A DNA stretch of 64,000 nt from a virus. Within the stretch, counting starts at the first letter, position 1. Every line of letters starts with the position of its first letter. A model generated the notes under the pieces. That model did no database searches. It was given only the letters and a program-made list of their open reading frames with translations, and was not told the origin of the DNA. Of the stretch, positions 45,385 to 55,497 are shown piece by piece. The stretch lies in the IMG/VR virus record IMGVR_UViG_3300031772_000003, positions 32,001-96,000 of that record; one strand, written 5' to 3'. The position numbers were made by a program, and so were the translations under genes.

Positions 45385-46689
45385 CTACGTTTGGATGTCT
45401 TTCAGCTTCTCTACCTCCGCGAGGCCGTGGGAAGCGACCCAGCCCAAGACCTTGCGGAACGCCTCGACGTAGCACCCAATGAGATCAGTCGTGTTGGGAG
45501 GATGCACGCCGCCAATGTAGCTGTGTCGGGCAATGAACTCCGTCGCCACTGGATAATCCTCACCGCGATAGTCGATCCGGCGGCCCCAGGGGCAGGTCCA
45601 CGGGCAGCCCCGGCCATACCCAGCCCGTTGCTGAAACACGTCCTGAGCCGGGACGGGACGGGTCTGCCACTGGCCCAGTGGCACCCCCTCGGCTCGCAGG
45701 GCCTTGACCACGGCGGCCTTGAAGGTGCCGGTGTAGTTGGCGGGGATACCGATGTCCTCGGGCCTCCACGCCACGACGTAGTTGTAGAAGACCTCATGCC
45801 TGCCGTACCGGGGCATAGGGGTAGCGACGCCTCGGATGCCGGTGAGTCCCACCGTGAGGCCCGATGCGAGTTCACGTCTCAGCAGATTCCTCTCCTCCAG
45901 GTGCCGGAGTTGGGACCTACAGAATGCATTGGCCCACTCCGTGGAGCGGTACATCCACCCAATTCCCAGAGCGTTGTAAAGCCGTTCACTACTAGGCCGG
46001 TGGTCTTCCCCGAACTCCCGCATCCTCCGGGCCCTGTCGGCGATTTCGTCGTCGTCGGTCGTAACAAGCCCTCCCTCGGCACTTGAGAGGTTCTTGGAGC
46101 GGTTGGTCGAGAAGGCAGTGGCGCGTGCCACAGAGCCCACCCTACGGCCCTTGTAGGAGGCACCATGGGCCTGGCACGCATCGGCAACGACGACAAGCCC
46201 ATGGATACGGGCGATGGGCAGGATCGCGTCGTAGTCACACGGCATCCCGTGGATGTCCACGGGGACGATGGCGCGGGTGTGGTCCGTGATGGCCGCCTCA
46301 ATGCGGGCGGGGTCCATCGTCCCATCCACGGGGTCGATGTCCACGAACACGGGTATGGCGTTCTGATGGAGGACCGCCGCGGCAGTGGCCCAGTACGTCA
46401 GGGCGGGTACGATGACCTCATCCCCTGGGCCTATGCCAGTAGCGGAGAGGGCGATGTGGATCGCGGCGGTGCCTGAATTGACGACGAGGGCATGCTTCAC
46501 GCCACAGTACTCTGCCCATTCCTTCTGGAGCGCGAGGGCATTGGGGGCGTGGGTGCCGTGCAGGATGCCGCTGTCGAATACGGCCATCACGGCGTCACGG
46601 TCTTCTTGGGTGATAGTGGGCCAAGACTGAACCGCTCCCTCGGGGATGGCTCGGGGGCCACCTAAAATAGCGAGATCGGAACTAGGCAT
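45385..46689 (-). CDS. DegT/DnrJ/EryC1/StrS PLP-dependent sugar aminotransferase
   Basis: NSGTAAIHIAL...GIGPGDEVIVP, PVFVDID, DACQAHGA, FSTNRSKNL..EGG. Confidence 0.93.
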   Translation of the reverse strand: MPSSDLAILGGPRAIPEGAVQSWPTITQEDRDAVMAVFDSGILHGTHAPNALALQKEWAEYCGVKHALVVNSGTAAIHIALSATGIGPGDEVIVPALTYWATAAAVLHQNAIPVFVDIDPVDGTMDPARIEAAITDHTRAIVPVDIHGMPCDYDAILPIARIHGLVVVADACQAHGASYKGRRVGSVARATAFSTNRSKNLSSAEGGLVTTDDDEIADRARRMREFGEDHRPSSERLYNALGIGWMYRSTEWANAFCRSQLRHLEERNLLRRELASGLTVGLTGIRGVATPMPRYGRHEVFYNYVVAWRPEDIGIPANYTGTFKAAVVKALRAEGVPLGQWQTRPVPAQDVFQQRAGYGRGCPWTCPWGRRIDYRGEDYPVATEFIARHSYIGGVHPPNTTDLIGCYVEAFRKVLGWVASHGLAEVEKLKDIQT

Positions 46690-46713
46690 TGGGAGCCTCC
46701 TTCCAATCCGATT

Positions 46714-46983
46714 CTACTTGGCCCCCACCTTCCCCTTCTGAGATTTGCTCCGCTTCTCCCTGTAGGTCGGAACCTTACACTCGCGGTCCGCCATATTGCG
46801 GCGCGGTGCCCAGACACACTCCAGAACCCCCGCCCCGACAGCGGCGCGGACCCGCTGCCTCATCGCCTCATGGGCTGTATCTGCTGCTCGCGAAAGTTCC
46901 ACGACGGTAAACCCCCCGGAATCAGCCTGCGGCTTCCGAGCCTTCTCCAAGGTCCGCAGCAGCGTCAACACATCCATTGCCAT
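46714..46983 (-). CDS. Small winged-helix-like protein
   Basis: FTVVELS......MRQRVRAAV.AGVLE. Confidence 0.45.
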   Translation of the reverse strand: MAMDVLTLLRTLEKARKPQADSGGFTVVELSRAADTAHEAMRQRVRAAVGAGVLECVWAPRRNMADRECKVPTYREKRSKSQKGKVGAK

Positions 46984-47011
46984 TTCGCTATCTCCTCGGT
47001 TCTATCCTCCC

Positions 47012-48145
47012 CTATCCCATAGTCGCCGGCACGATGTCATCAGGCACGGCCCCAAAACCGTGCGGCACCTCAGTCGCGCCCTTGAGGCTCAGCGGCAGCG
47101 TCCACGAGTAGGCCCGACGCTCCGATGTGAGATAGAGCCACTGCTTCGGTTCCGCGAAGGCCCCCATCTCGTCCATCGCCCACGGCCCCGTGGGGCACAT
47201 CGCGCCGTTGATAAACATCAGGTCTTCGAGCAGGTTGGATTGGTGGAAATGGCCGAACTCAATAATCGCCAACCCCTCCTTCTCACGGGCTGCCTTCACC
47301 TGCCTGCTGAGATTCCGCAGGATGTCGCGCGAGAGCCCGTAGATGGGGAGGCCCGCAATGGAGTTGCCGCCCCTCACATGGTCGCCATGTGCCAGCAAGA
47401 CCTTGTGGCCCAGCCGCCTGAACGTGTAGAGCCTGCTGCCCGGAATCGTGATGCCAACGCGCCCGGGGGAGAGGCCACGCACGCCCAGAAGCGAAGCGAG
47501 CCAGCAGTAGATCAGCGTGTCGAGGTTCTCCTCGACGTGGCGCTTCGATTGCGGCTTGTCGTGGAGCCGCCCGTGGTTCCCTGCGACGCACTTGATCTCG
47601 ATGTGCTCGAAGTGTTCGAGCAGCAACAACACTGCTTGGTAAAGGACCCATGAGGTCTGGGCCACCGCGGGAACCGTGGCGAACTCATTGGTGACCTCAT
47701 CATCGAGACGCAACTTACCGTGGGTAATGTCACCCATCAAATCGAGGTGCAGGGTAGAGAGGCCGTAGAGGGGGCGCAGTTCCTCGATCTTGCGGATCAC
47801 GTCGCGGCAGAGGACCCAAAGGGACGAGCAGAACCGGCCGAAATCATACTGGGTCAGTCCATCGGTCTGAGCCTGGGTCCACCGCTCATTGGCGTGGCAG
47901 TCCCCCAGGAGCAGCACCGCATCCATCCGCTCCAGCTTCGGCGTCCCAGAGGCACGCAACTTCCGCGGCATCGGTAGGGTCGGGGCCGCCGCAGCAAACT
48001 CCTGGGCCAGTCTCTTCCAGTCCCCTGACTGCCCCGAGAGCGTTGCGTTCTCACGCCGAAGCCGGCGCACCTCGGCAGCCAGGGCCGCCTGCCCCGAGGC
48101 ATCCGCAACCGCGGCGATACGGCGGGCTTCATTATTCTTGGGCAT
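47012..48145 (-). CDS. Calcineurin-like metallophosphoesterase (phage type); start revised to ATG 48145
   Basis: LGDCH, MGDITHG, AGNHGR, AHGD, GHFH. Confidence 0.85.
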   Translation of the reverse strand: MPKNNEARRIAAVADASGQAALAAEVRRLRRENATLSGQSGDWKRLAQEFAAAAPTLPMPRKLRASGTPKLERMDAVLLLGDCHANERWTQAQTDGLTQYDFGRFCSSLWVLCRDVIRKIEELRPLYGLSTLHLDLMGDITHGKLRLDDEVTNEFATVPAVAQTSWVLYQAVLLLLEHFEHIEIKCVAGNHGRLHDKPQSKRHVEENLDTLIYCWLASLLGVRGLSPGRVGITIPGSRLYTFRRLGHKVLLAHGDHVRGGNSIAGLPIYGLSRDILRNLSRQVKAAREKEGLAIIEFGHFHQSNLLEDLMFINGAMCPTGPWAMDEMGAFAEPKQWLYLTSERRAYSWTLPLSLKGATEVPHGFGAVPDDIVPATMG

Positions 48146-48422
48146 CAATTCTTCTCCTGGGCGTTCCCGCCCGCGCTCCCAATCCCCCACCAACCGAAAA
48201 AAGGACCACAGGCAACCAGTGTCCATGTGCGAGCGCCGCTGCGGCGTAGGCAAACACCAGGAGTGCCAGTATATCCTCCACGAAGACGATGAGGCCACAG
48301 AGGTTCCGCTGGCCCCGCATGAGAGCCTGTATGCGGTGCATAGAGAGCCACCAGCCGACGAAGCCAACCGCGGGCAGGCTGATTAGTACCAGGAGGCTGG
48401 GAAGATTCATTGGCGGCCTCAC
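48132..48422 (-). CDS. Small membrane protein (DUF5698-like)
   Basis: Three hydrophobic segments; R..AL.RG....C..IVFVE pattern. Confidence 0.5.
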   Translation of the reverse strand: MRPPMNLPSLLVLISLPAVGFVGWWLSMHRIQALMRGQRNLCGLIVFVEDILALLVFAYAAAALAHGHWLPVVLFSVGGGLGARAGTPRRRIDAQE

Positions 48423-49029
48423 ACATCAAAGGGCTTCTACTAGAGGAGGCTGCTCCGAGAACCAGGGGCAGCGGGTCACCATCAACGCAAGCTCATTGTT
48501 CTTGCAGACCTCCAGAAGATTAGCGGCGATCCTACACTCCTGGGGGCATCGTGAGCAGTTGAGGCACAAGCATTGGTGCCGGCGCAGCATCTCCATCGGC
48601 ACATTGGTCCAGACCTCCACGCCTTGATGCTCCTGCTTCTCAAGCCTCAAATGGCCCACAAGCCATTCTCCTAGCCCTGTGGCAGGTAGAAGAACTGGAA
48701 CCCCCCGTCACTCAACGCCGTGAGCCGCTCGATCACGAGGGGGCCTTCATCATCATACCAATCCGCAGTGAGCGCTGCGACGGCTTGGATCTGCTGCTGA
48801 GACAGCACAGGGAAATGGTGCTGATTGAAGTCCCAGGGGCCAACACCGAGGGCCCTCGCCAAGTCCTTGGACTGTGCCGTGGTGACGCAGAAGACACAGC
48901 AGGCAAAAACGAGCGTACCGGGTTTGGTTTCGGCGTAGTAGTTATTGGCGTACTCAAGGTAGTTCTTCACGGCGGGGCTATAGGGGCCGAAGGCAACGAG
49001 TTGAGCATCCATACCCATCAGCCACGTCC

Positions 49030-49365
49030 TTAAGAAGCCTCGGGTCTGCTGCATCGTTCTTCATGATCACACGCGATCGTGAGACGGACGTAGTTGATCG
49101 CGTCCAGATACGTGTCCCACACACCCTCATTTTGAGGCTTGCGATCATCCAAGTTCTGGAGGCGGTCGATCTTGAGGCACAAGAGGATCGCTGCCATCTG
49201 CGAGGGCCGAACAGTGGTGCGGAGCAGCGGCGAGATCATCGCGGCCATCCGCTTGAAGTTGCTGAGCTTATCGGCGGTGGCATAGTCGGCGCTCTTACGC
49301 CGCGAGAGTACCAACGCCTCCTGCTCTAACTGCGTGATGAGAGCCTCGAACTCCATCCCGGTCAT
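49030..49365 (-). CDS. Nucleotide-modification-associated domain protein (DUF1599/Nmad1-like)
   Basis: RKSADYA...LSNF, LKIDRL.NL, NE.V.DT.LDAINY. Confidence 0.7.
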   Translation of the reverse strand: MTGMEFEALITQLEQEALVLSRRKSADYATADKLSNFKRMAAMISPLLRTTVRPSQMAAILLCLKIDRLQNLDDRKPQNEGVWDTYLDAINYVRLTIACDHEERCSRPEAS

Positions 49366-50168
49366 GCCGCCCCTCCTATCCGACCGATGCACTCACGATA
49401 GAGCCTCACGCAGTTCCCACAGTCCCGGCACAGCGGCGACTTGGGGGAGCCGCAGAGATGGATGAGCCCCGAGCGGCCCACACGATACTGAATATCAGAT
49501 GTGACCTGCAATTGCCGCTGTCCCAACAGGGACCAGTAGGAGTTGAGGATGTGGGCCTTATGCCCATACTCTACCCACAGTAACACCGGGGGGATCATCC
49601 GGGCATCGGTGTACCGCATCGCCGTGAGCAGCACAGGGACGCCTTGGGCGACGTAGTGGTCGGCTAACGCAACCAAGGTATTCATCTCCCATGAGTTGAA
49701 CCTGATCCTCACCGCCATGACGTTGGGCGGGCAGTCTACGAACAGGGGGATGCGCCCGTTGCAGGTGAACACCACGGGGCCGGGGAAATCAAAGCGCGGT
49801 ATCGAGGTGTTCCAGTAAGGCTGCCTGTAGTAGTACCTGGCCATCTCAATCAGGGTCCCGCGCGTGAACATGATGGCTTTGTCAGCGGGTAGGCCGAGGT
49901 CAGGCAGCAACCAGTGGCCCTGTGGCAGCCTGATCTTGCCGTCTTGGTTACTGTCATGGCCATCATTGATCCTGCAGATTTTTCCCTCGGCCTCCTCGGG
50001 TGAGGGGAATCGGCTGTAGCGGACCGACTCGTAGTAGCCTGGAGCGTTGAAGTAACAGCAGGGGCAAGGTGCAGCCTGCATCGGCGTACCCCCACCGGGG
50101 CATGGCCCGATCTGGGGTCTGCATGTCACGATCTCACTGCCTGCGGTCTTGGGGTTCTCTGTCAACAC
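49362..50168 (-). CDS. Divergent radical-SAM-like protein
   Basis: Cys cluster CRPQIGPCP...CPCCYFN, RINDGHDS, C-terminal C....CRDCGNC; non-canonical spacing. Confidence 0.4.
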   Translation of the reverse strand: MLTENPKTAGSEIVTCRPQIGPCPGGGTPMQAAPCPCCYFNAPGYYESVRYSRFPSPEEAEGKICRINDGHDSNQDGKIRLPQGHWLLPDLGLPADKAIMFTRGTLIEMARYYYRQPYWNTSIPRFDFPGPVVFTCNGRIPLFVDCPPNVMAVRIRFNSWEMNTLVALADHYVAQGVPVLLTAMRYTDARMIPPVLLWVEYGHKAHILNSYWSLLGQRQLQVTSDIQYRVGRSGLIHLCGSPKSPLCRDCGNCVRLYRECIGRIGGAA

Positions 50169-50778
50169 TTGCCGCTCCTTTCAGGCGTGCCACAGACCCA
50201 GCGAATACTGTGGGGTCCACCTCCATCCCAATACACTGTCGCCCCGTCTCCAAGCACGCCATGGCAGTCGTTCCACCACCCAAAAACGGATCACACACTA
50301 ACTCGCCGGGCTCGGTGAGGTTGGTGATCCAATGAGCGAACCAGTAGACCGGTTGCCCCCACTTGTGGTAGCGCTTGTCTTTGCCCCCACCCAGGATGAG
50401 GTCAAACGGCGTCCGGGTGCCTTTGCGTTCGGTCTTGACAAACCACACCGCAGGCTTCCACATGACCGTAACCCACTTGCCGGGCAGCCTCTTATAGGCC
50501 GTATGGCGCATCCCCCCAACCCACCAGTATCGTAGACCTGATGCCCGCAGCACATCGAGAATATCAGGTAGAATGACGTGCCCCGTGAGGGCAACCAACG
50601 AGCGGCCTGGCTTGAGGAGCCTGTAGGCTTGGGCTGCGAACGGTGCCCATACCGGCAGGTCATCTACGCGGTAGGGTGGGTCGGTCAGGAACATGTCAAT
50701 ACTGTCGCTCGCCATCCGTTCCAGCAACGGAACGCAGTCAGAGCAGTAGAGCTTGAGGCCGCCGCGCTCCCATGACAT
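50134..50778 (-). CDS. DNA amino-methyltransferase (compact beta type)
   Basis: LTDPPY, HKWGQP, VCDPFLGGGTT, IGMEVD. Confidence 0.88.
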   Translation of the reverse strand: MSWERGGLKLYCSDCVPLLERMASDSIDMFLTDPPYRVDDLPVWAPFAAQAYRLLKPGRSLVALTGHVILPDILDVLRASGLRYWWVGGMRHTAYKRLPGKWVTVMWKPAVWFVKTERKGTRTPFDLILGGGKDKRYHKWGQPVYWFAHWITNLTEPGELVCDPFLGGGTTAMACLETGRQCIGMEVDPTVFAGSVARLKGAASVDREPQDRRQ

Positions 50779-51111
50779 CTCAGCCAAGCCTCTGCTCCTC
50801 TCGCTCAACCTTCAACCTAGCGATAGCCGCCGCCCTGACTTCGGGGGCGACGACGGCACAGCGGCTCTTGTAGTTCTCGTGGCAGAACCAGCAGGTGAGC
50901 CCGGCGCGCCACGCCACGCCATCCAACCCTACGTCCACACCACAAAAGCGGCACACCCCGATCTGGTGGTGCCACATCCGCCTGGCGATGCGGCGGGTCA
51001 GACGATACAGGCCCAGCCACAACGAGAGTCGCCGGCGGAGGCTGTGCCCCACCCACTGGCCACGAGCATCAAACCGGGAGGGGCTGTATTTCCGCAACTC
51101 GCGCCACTTGC

Positions 51112-51498
51112 TCACCGCTTCCTCCTCCTTGCCCCCCGAAGCCACTCCTCCACGGTCTTGATTTCAACGCCCTCACCAGCGTCTCGGAGGAGGCGGCCCA
51201 CCCTGACCTCTACGGCGGCCCCATGTGACTTCCGCCAGCCTTTGAGCAGTGCCATACCGTCGCACCGGCAGATCGCGGCCACGTCTCGGCGCATGATCCG
51301 GCGGAACAATCCTCTAGGAAGGCCGGGCGTGAACTCATGGAGGTGGAGGAAGACCCTATCCATCTCGGGAGGACTGATTACCCGATAGCCTGCTTTACGG
51401 AGCTCGCGGGCCGCGGCGTCGAATGCGGGGTAGCCCCACTGCCGCTGGCCCCGAATTGGCCCAGAGAGGTACAGGAGCTTGGATCTGGCTCGTTTCAC
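51112..51498 (-). CDS. DUF4406 / nucleoside 2-deoxyribosyltransferase-like protein
   Basis: YLSGPIRG...YPAF..AA..LR..GY.V.SP, M.RDV..I..CD.M.LL.GW.KS.GA..E. Confidence 0.8.
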   Translation of the reverse strand: MKRARSKLLYLSGPIRGQRQWGYPAFDAAARELRKAGYRVISPPEMDRVFLHLHEFTPGLPRGLFRRIMRRDVAAICRCDGMALLKGWRKSHGAAVEVRVGRLLRDAGEGVEIKTVEEWLRGARRRKR

Positions 51499-52216
51499 TG
51501 TGGTTTCCTAATGCGTAGCCACCGTTTATGAACCCACCTGTGGTCGCAGATGAGGCAGGCAAATCCATGTCCCGTAAAGGCGGACCAAAAGGTCAGCAAT
51601 TCAAGGCTAAGTGCGCGGCCTCCACACTTAGGGCAGGGGGGCCACCAAACTTGCGGGGACCAAATATCCTTGCTCTCTATCGTAGTCACAGACACTGCCC
51701 ATCCCCAATGGATGTTCAGTTCCACCAGAGACCGTATCACGACAGCGTGCTATCAGGTACAGTCGTCCCCTCTACTTGGGGCGCGACCTCGCGGGCCACG
51801 AAGGCTGCAACGTCTGGGCCATAGGCCCCAGGGAGAGGATCAGTGGGCAGGAGATCGCGGACCCAGCGCCAGCCTGTTTCGGGGGGCATCTGAACAAGAG
51901 CCTCGGCCTCACCCACCATGTTCCCAAGTTCCACGCTCTCCGGTGGCATCACCCTAGCTACTTTGGGCTTGGGTTTCCCGGTCCAGGAAAGGGTACAGAT
52001 CAACAGCCTGTTGTTGGCATCGCCCCATACAGTAACGCGCTTGTGGAAGCAGCCCCAACGCCTGACGGTATAGATGCCAGGCTGCATCGGCAACCATTGC
52101 TGGCCCTCACTACCAACCCATCGAGCCAACCAGAGACAGATCGGTCGGGGGGCGCGGTAGACTTCCTCGACGGTGTATTTGTGAAACTGCATCACCATTC
52201 TCCTCAAAGAGTGTTT

Positions 52217-52245
52217 TCGTATCCTCCCCTATGGGGAGGATACGA
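52217..52245. promoter_or_regulatory. Perfect 13-bp inverted repeat in an intergenic gap
   Basis: tcgtatcctcccc-tat-ggggaggatacga. Confidence 0.55.
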
Positions 52246-52682
52246 GAGATACCCAGGCTTGGTTGCTCTCAAGATAGTGACCGCACCATTTGTTGTACCT
52301 CACAGCAGCGAGTAGCTCCGTATACGCTGCCTCGTCCGATACGGCTCTGTAGACTAGACACTCTGAAATTGGGGTACTCATATGCTACTCCACGGGACAC
52401 TTGCTCACGGCTCGGGGGCTCGTTGCTTTCCTCCACGCATCATTCATGTCCTTGATGAACCTACGTTCAAGGGAATCGCCTTCAATCCCAGTATCGGGCC
52501 GCAGGAGCAGCATAGGGACATGGCCGCGTCCCCACGCCGCATGTTCTACGTCCCGTGCCTGCTTCAGGGTATGGACGGTCTTCACGCCCCCATAAGGCCG
52601 CCATGTCCCGCCCCAGACCGATCCCTGCATCTCCTGGAAGCGAGCAGTGGGCATCCGTTTGGCCTTCCTCATCAGGTTCTCT

Positions 52683-53492
52683 TCACGCGAGCCGTCGTGA
52701 CTGGCAAAGTGACCGCAGACGGTCGCACCATGCGCAAATGGACACGGGACAGAGCGTACCATCCACGACAGCAACGATGTTCCGACCCCTAAGATTAGAA
52801 TCATAATGCTCAAGGGTACAGAGGCCGGCCCTTGAGCGTTGGGCAGTGGCCCCCGAATCATCCGCCTCCAACTCCACAACGACAACGGGGTCCGGGCTTG
52901 GGATGCCCGTTGGCCCTGTGGGGCCACCTGAGCATCCTACGGTCCCTGTTGGGCCTGTACTACCCGTGTGCAGGATCGGGGTGCCGCAGCAGGAGCACAG
53001 CCGCCTCAGACACCCTACATCGATTGCCCCACGACCCCCTGCGGAGCGGACGCCATCAGGGCACCCCTCACCACAGGGTGCCACAAGCCAGTGGGGATCA
53101 ACGTGGATGTCCACGGCATCGGGTGGGAACGTAGCAGGAGACGCGGGCTCCAGCACGGTGCCTTTGGTCCCCACGGGAATCTTGATGTGGGCGCTGTACT
53201 TTCGCTCACCCTCAATGAACTCCACCCGATCACCCACGGCGAAGCCGGAGGGGTAGACGTAGGGCTCTTTCGGTTTCCTGCTGGGCTTCTTGACCAGCTT
53301 CTTGTTAGAGCATAACTCAAGCACCGTTGCGGGGAGATGCCGCTGTAACTCATGGATCAAGAACGAGACAACCTCCGAGGTCGCGTCAATTTGGAGGGTG
53401 TCCCACATCTCCTGAGCGCACTCATCATTGAGATTGACCCCGAAAGGCACCCTTACATTGCCACACACCAGTTCAATCGGGATTCGGGACAT
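52683..53492 (-). CDS. Hypothetical modular protein (SH3-like domain, short G-P-T repeat)
   Basis: FAVGDRV...GTKGTV; GSTGPTGTVG..GGPTGPTG. Confidence 0.45.
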   Translation of the reverse strand: MSRIPIELVCGNVRVPFGVNLNDECAQEMWDTLQIDATSEVVSFLIHELQRHLPATVLELCSNKKLVKKPSRKPKEPYVYPSGFAVGDRVEFIEGERKYSAHIKIPVGTKGTVLEPASPATFPPDAVDIHVDPHWLVAPCGEGCPDGVRSAGGRGAIDVGCLRRLCSCCGTPILHTGSTGPTGTVGCSGGPTGPTGIPSPDPVVVVELEADDSGATAQRSRAGLCTLEHYDSNLRGRNIVAVVDGTLCPVSICAWCDRLRSLCQSRRLA

Positions 53493-54753
53493 TACTTGCG
53501 TTCCTTCCTAAAACACGGTGATGCCACGTCGCCTTATCCCGGAACTTGGCGACGAGGCGGGTCTGCCACGCCTTGAGTTCGGCATTGGTCAGTGCCTCCG
53601 TGAGCCAAAAGTCGTTTGAGCACTCATCAGTCGTCCCCCACGCCACATCCTTGAACCGGGCAGGGTCGGCCTTGTAGACCGCGGTGCCGGGGTAGGGGCA
53701 GAAGAGCGTGAAGCTGTACTCATCGAGGTCGAGGCCAGCCGCGAACTCCTCGGTGTCCAGCAGGGTCTCGTTGGTCTCTCCGGGCAACCCAATGAGGAAG
53801 TAGCCACGGACTTTGATGCCGGCGCGGTGAGCTAGCAGACGAGCCTTATAGATCATCTTGCGGGTCGTGCCCTTCCCACAGGACCGCAGGATCTCGGAGG
53901 CCCCGCTCTCCACACCAATCCCTACCGCTTCACAGCCAGCCTCCCGCATGAGGCTCATCATCTCGGCATCGACGGGGCCCGCATGGAGGTCGGCGAAGAA
54001 GGGGAGGCGGAAGTCCCGCTTGATCTTCCCGTGGCAGAACTCTTTGACCCATCGCTTGTCCACGTTCCAAGTGGCATCACAGAACCTGGCAAAGTCGAGC
54101 CTGTACTCCTCCGCCACGCTCTGCATCTCATCGAGTAGATCACCTACTGGGCGATGGATCATGTCGTGGCGGCCCAAGACTCTCTGGCCATCGGCACAGA
54201 AGATGCAGTGGTAGGGGCAACCCCTGTGGGCCTGGAACGAGGTGATCCGCTTACCCGTATCCTTCTGGGCTACGGCGATGTTCCGCTCGCACTTGATGAG
54301 CTTGCGGTCGGGCCAGGGGAGATCAGGCCATGATAAGATGCTGCGGGGGCCATAGGTGATCCGCAACTTAGCCCCCGGTTCAATGGGGCCTTGCCCCAAA
54401 ATACTCGACATGGCCTGCTCACCCTCCCCACAAACTACGTAATCAAAGTCCGTGCAGTCCTGTGGCACCGCTGAAGCATGGTAGCCCCCAATGACAGTCA
54501 GGGTATGGGGCGAAGCTTCCTTGATCTGCTTCGCAACGTCGCGGCACCACGCATAAGTAGGAGACGTTGCAGAGAACGCCACGACATCAGCCCCACAAGA
54601 AGCGTAGACGATCAGTGAGCGGTCATCGAAGCAGCCTTGGAAGAATCGGAGGTCAACATTGGGTACATGCTTGCGGAGGTAGGCCCCAATGTAGCCGAGC
54701 CCCAGGGCCTCCCAGGAGTTGAAGTAGGCACCGTGAACTAGGACGACGCGCAT
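53473..54753 (-). CDS. B12-binding radical SAM protein (class B methyltransferase-like)
   Basis: LGLGYIGAYL, VIGGYHAS, GEGE, HRGCPYHCIFC, GVESG, YFLIGLPGET, PYPGT. Confidence 0.93.
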   Translation of the reverse strand: MRVVLVHGAYFNSWEALGLGYIGAYLRKHVPNVDLRFFQGCFDDRSLIVYASCGADVVAFSATSPTYAWCRDVAKQIKEASPHTLTVIGGYHASAVPQDCTDFDYVVCGEGEQAMSSILGQGPIEPGAKLRITYGPRSILSWPDLPWPDRKLIKCERNIAVAQKDTGKRITSFQAHRGCPYHCIFCADGQRVLGRHDMIHRPVGDLLDEMQSVAEEYRLDFARFCDATWNVDKRWVKEFCHGKIKRDFRLPFFADLHAGPVDAEMMSLMREAGCEAVGIGVESGASEILRSCGKGTTRKMIYKARLLAHRAGIKVRGYFLIGLPGETNETLLDTEEFAAGLDLDEYSFTLFCPYPGTAVYKADPARFKDVAWGTTDECSNDFWLTEALTNAELKAWQTRLVAKFRDKATWHHRVLGRNASNVPNPD

Positions 54754-54884
54754 GGGCAGTCACTCCTCTGCCTTAACTTCCTTGACAGGAGATGCCACAA
54801 ACTTCACCATGTCCTCCGGCAGGTGCGTGTTGTGGAAGGGTGCATAATCGGGTGACACTTCAATGGTCCACTTACAGTTGAGCT

Positions 54885-55313
54885 TCATGCCTTTGCCTCG
54901 ATCTGCTCCGAAATCGCCACAACCCTGCCCTTCTCGTCCTTGATGAGCTTGATGAGTTTGATCCGGCCCGACTTGACCGCCCTGTCCCACCGGAGTTTCT
55001 GCGGCTCAGGGAGAAGCCGGTAAGGGCAGCAGATGGTGCAGAACTCATCTCGATAGTAGTCGTCCGGGATACGGTGATCGCGGACCACGGCAACTCCAGG
55101 AGCCAGGACAGCGAGCCCCATGGGGTAGGTGAGGATACCTGTCTCCAAGAGGTGCTCCAGATTCTCCGCGAAGAAGTTGACGATCCTATAGGGCCTGCCA
55201 TCTGATGCGGCCACGGAGAAGCAGTTCCCGTGCTTTGAGGGGAACCCCATCTCCAAATAACCCACGAGAGTTTGCCCCGTGATCTCCGAAAATGTCAGTA
55301 GTTTCCTCTGCAT
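54885..55313 (-). CDS. Hypothetical protein
   Basis: Clean ORF with GAGGAG RBS. Confidence 0.55.
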   Translation of the reverse strand: MQRKLLTFSEITGQTLVGYLEMGFPSKHGNCFSVAASDGRPYRIVNFFAENLEHLLETGILTYPMGLAVLAPGVAVVRDHRIPDDYYRDEFCTICCPYRLLPEPQKLRWDRAVKSGRIKLIKLIKDEKGRVVAISEQIEAKA

Positions 55314-55326
55314 TGGGTTTCTCTCC

Positions 55327-55497
55327 TCAACAATGATCGAGCCAGAGTTCCTCCAGCTTGTCCTGCTGCCTGTCCGTCAGATCATCCCCTCGTCGGTCAT
55401 CGAGGGATTCAATGAAATCGAGTTCCCATTTCGAGAGCCCCGACTCCACCTCCAAGAGGTCATCCAACATGTCCTCCCAATTAACGGGGATGTCCAT
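55327..55497 (-). CDS. Small acidic protein (56 aa, absent from the ORF track)
   Basis: MDIPVNWEDMLDDLLEVESGLSKWELDFIESL...LTDRQQDKLEELW. Confidence 0.55.
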   Translation of the reverse strand: MDIPVNWEDMLDDLLEVESGLSKWELDFIESLDDRRGDDLTDRQQDKLEELWLDHC

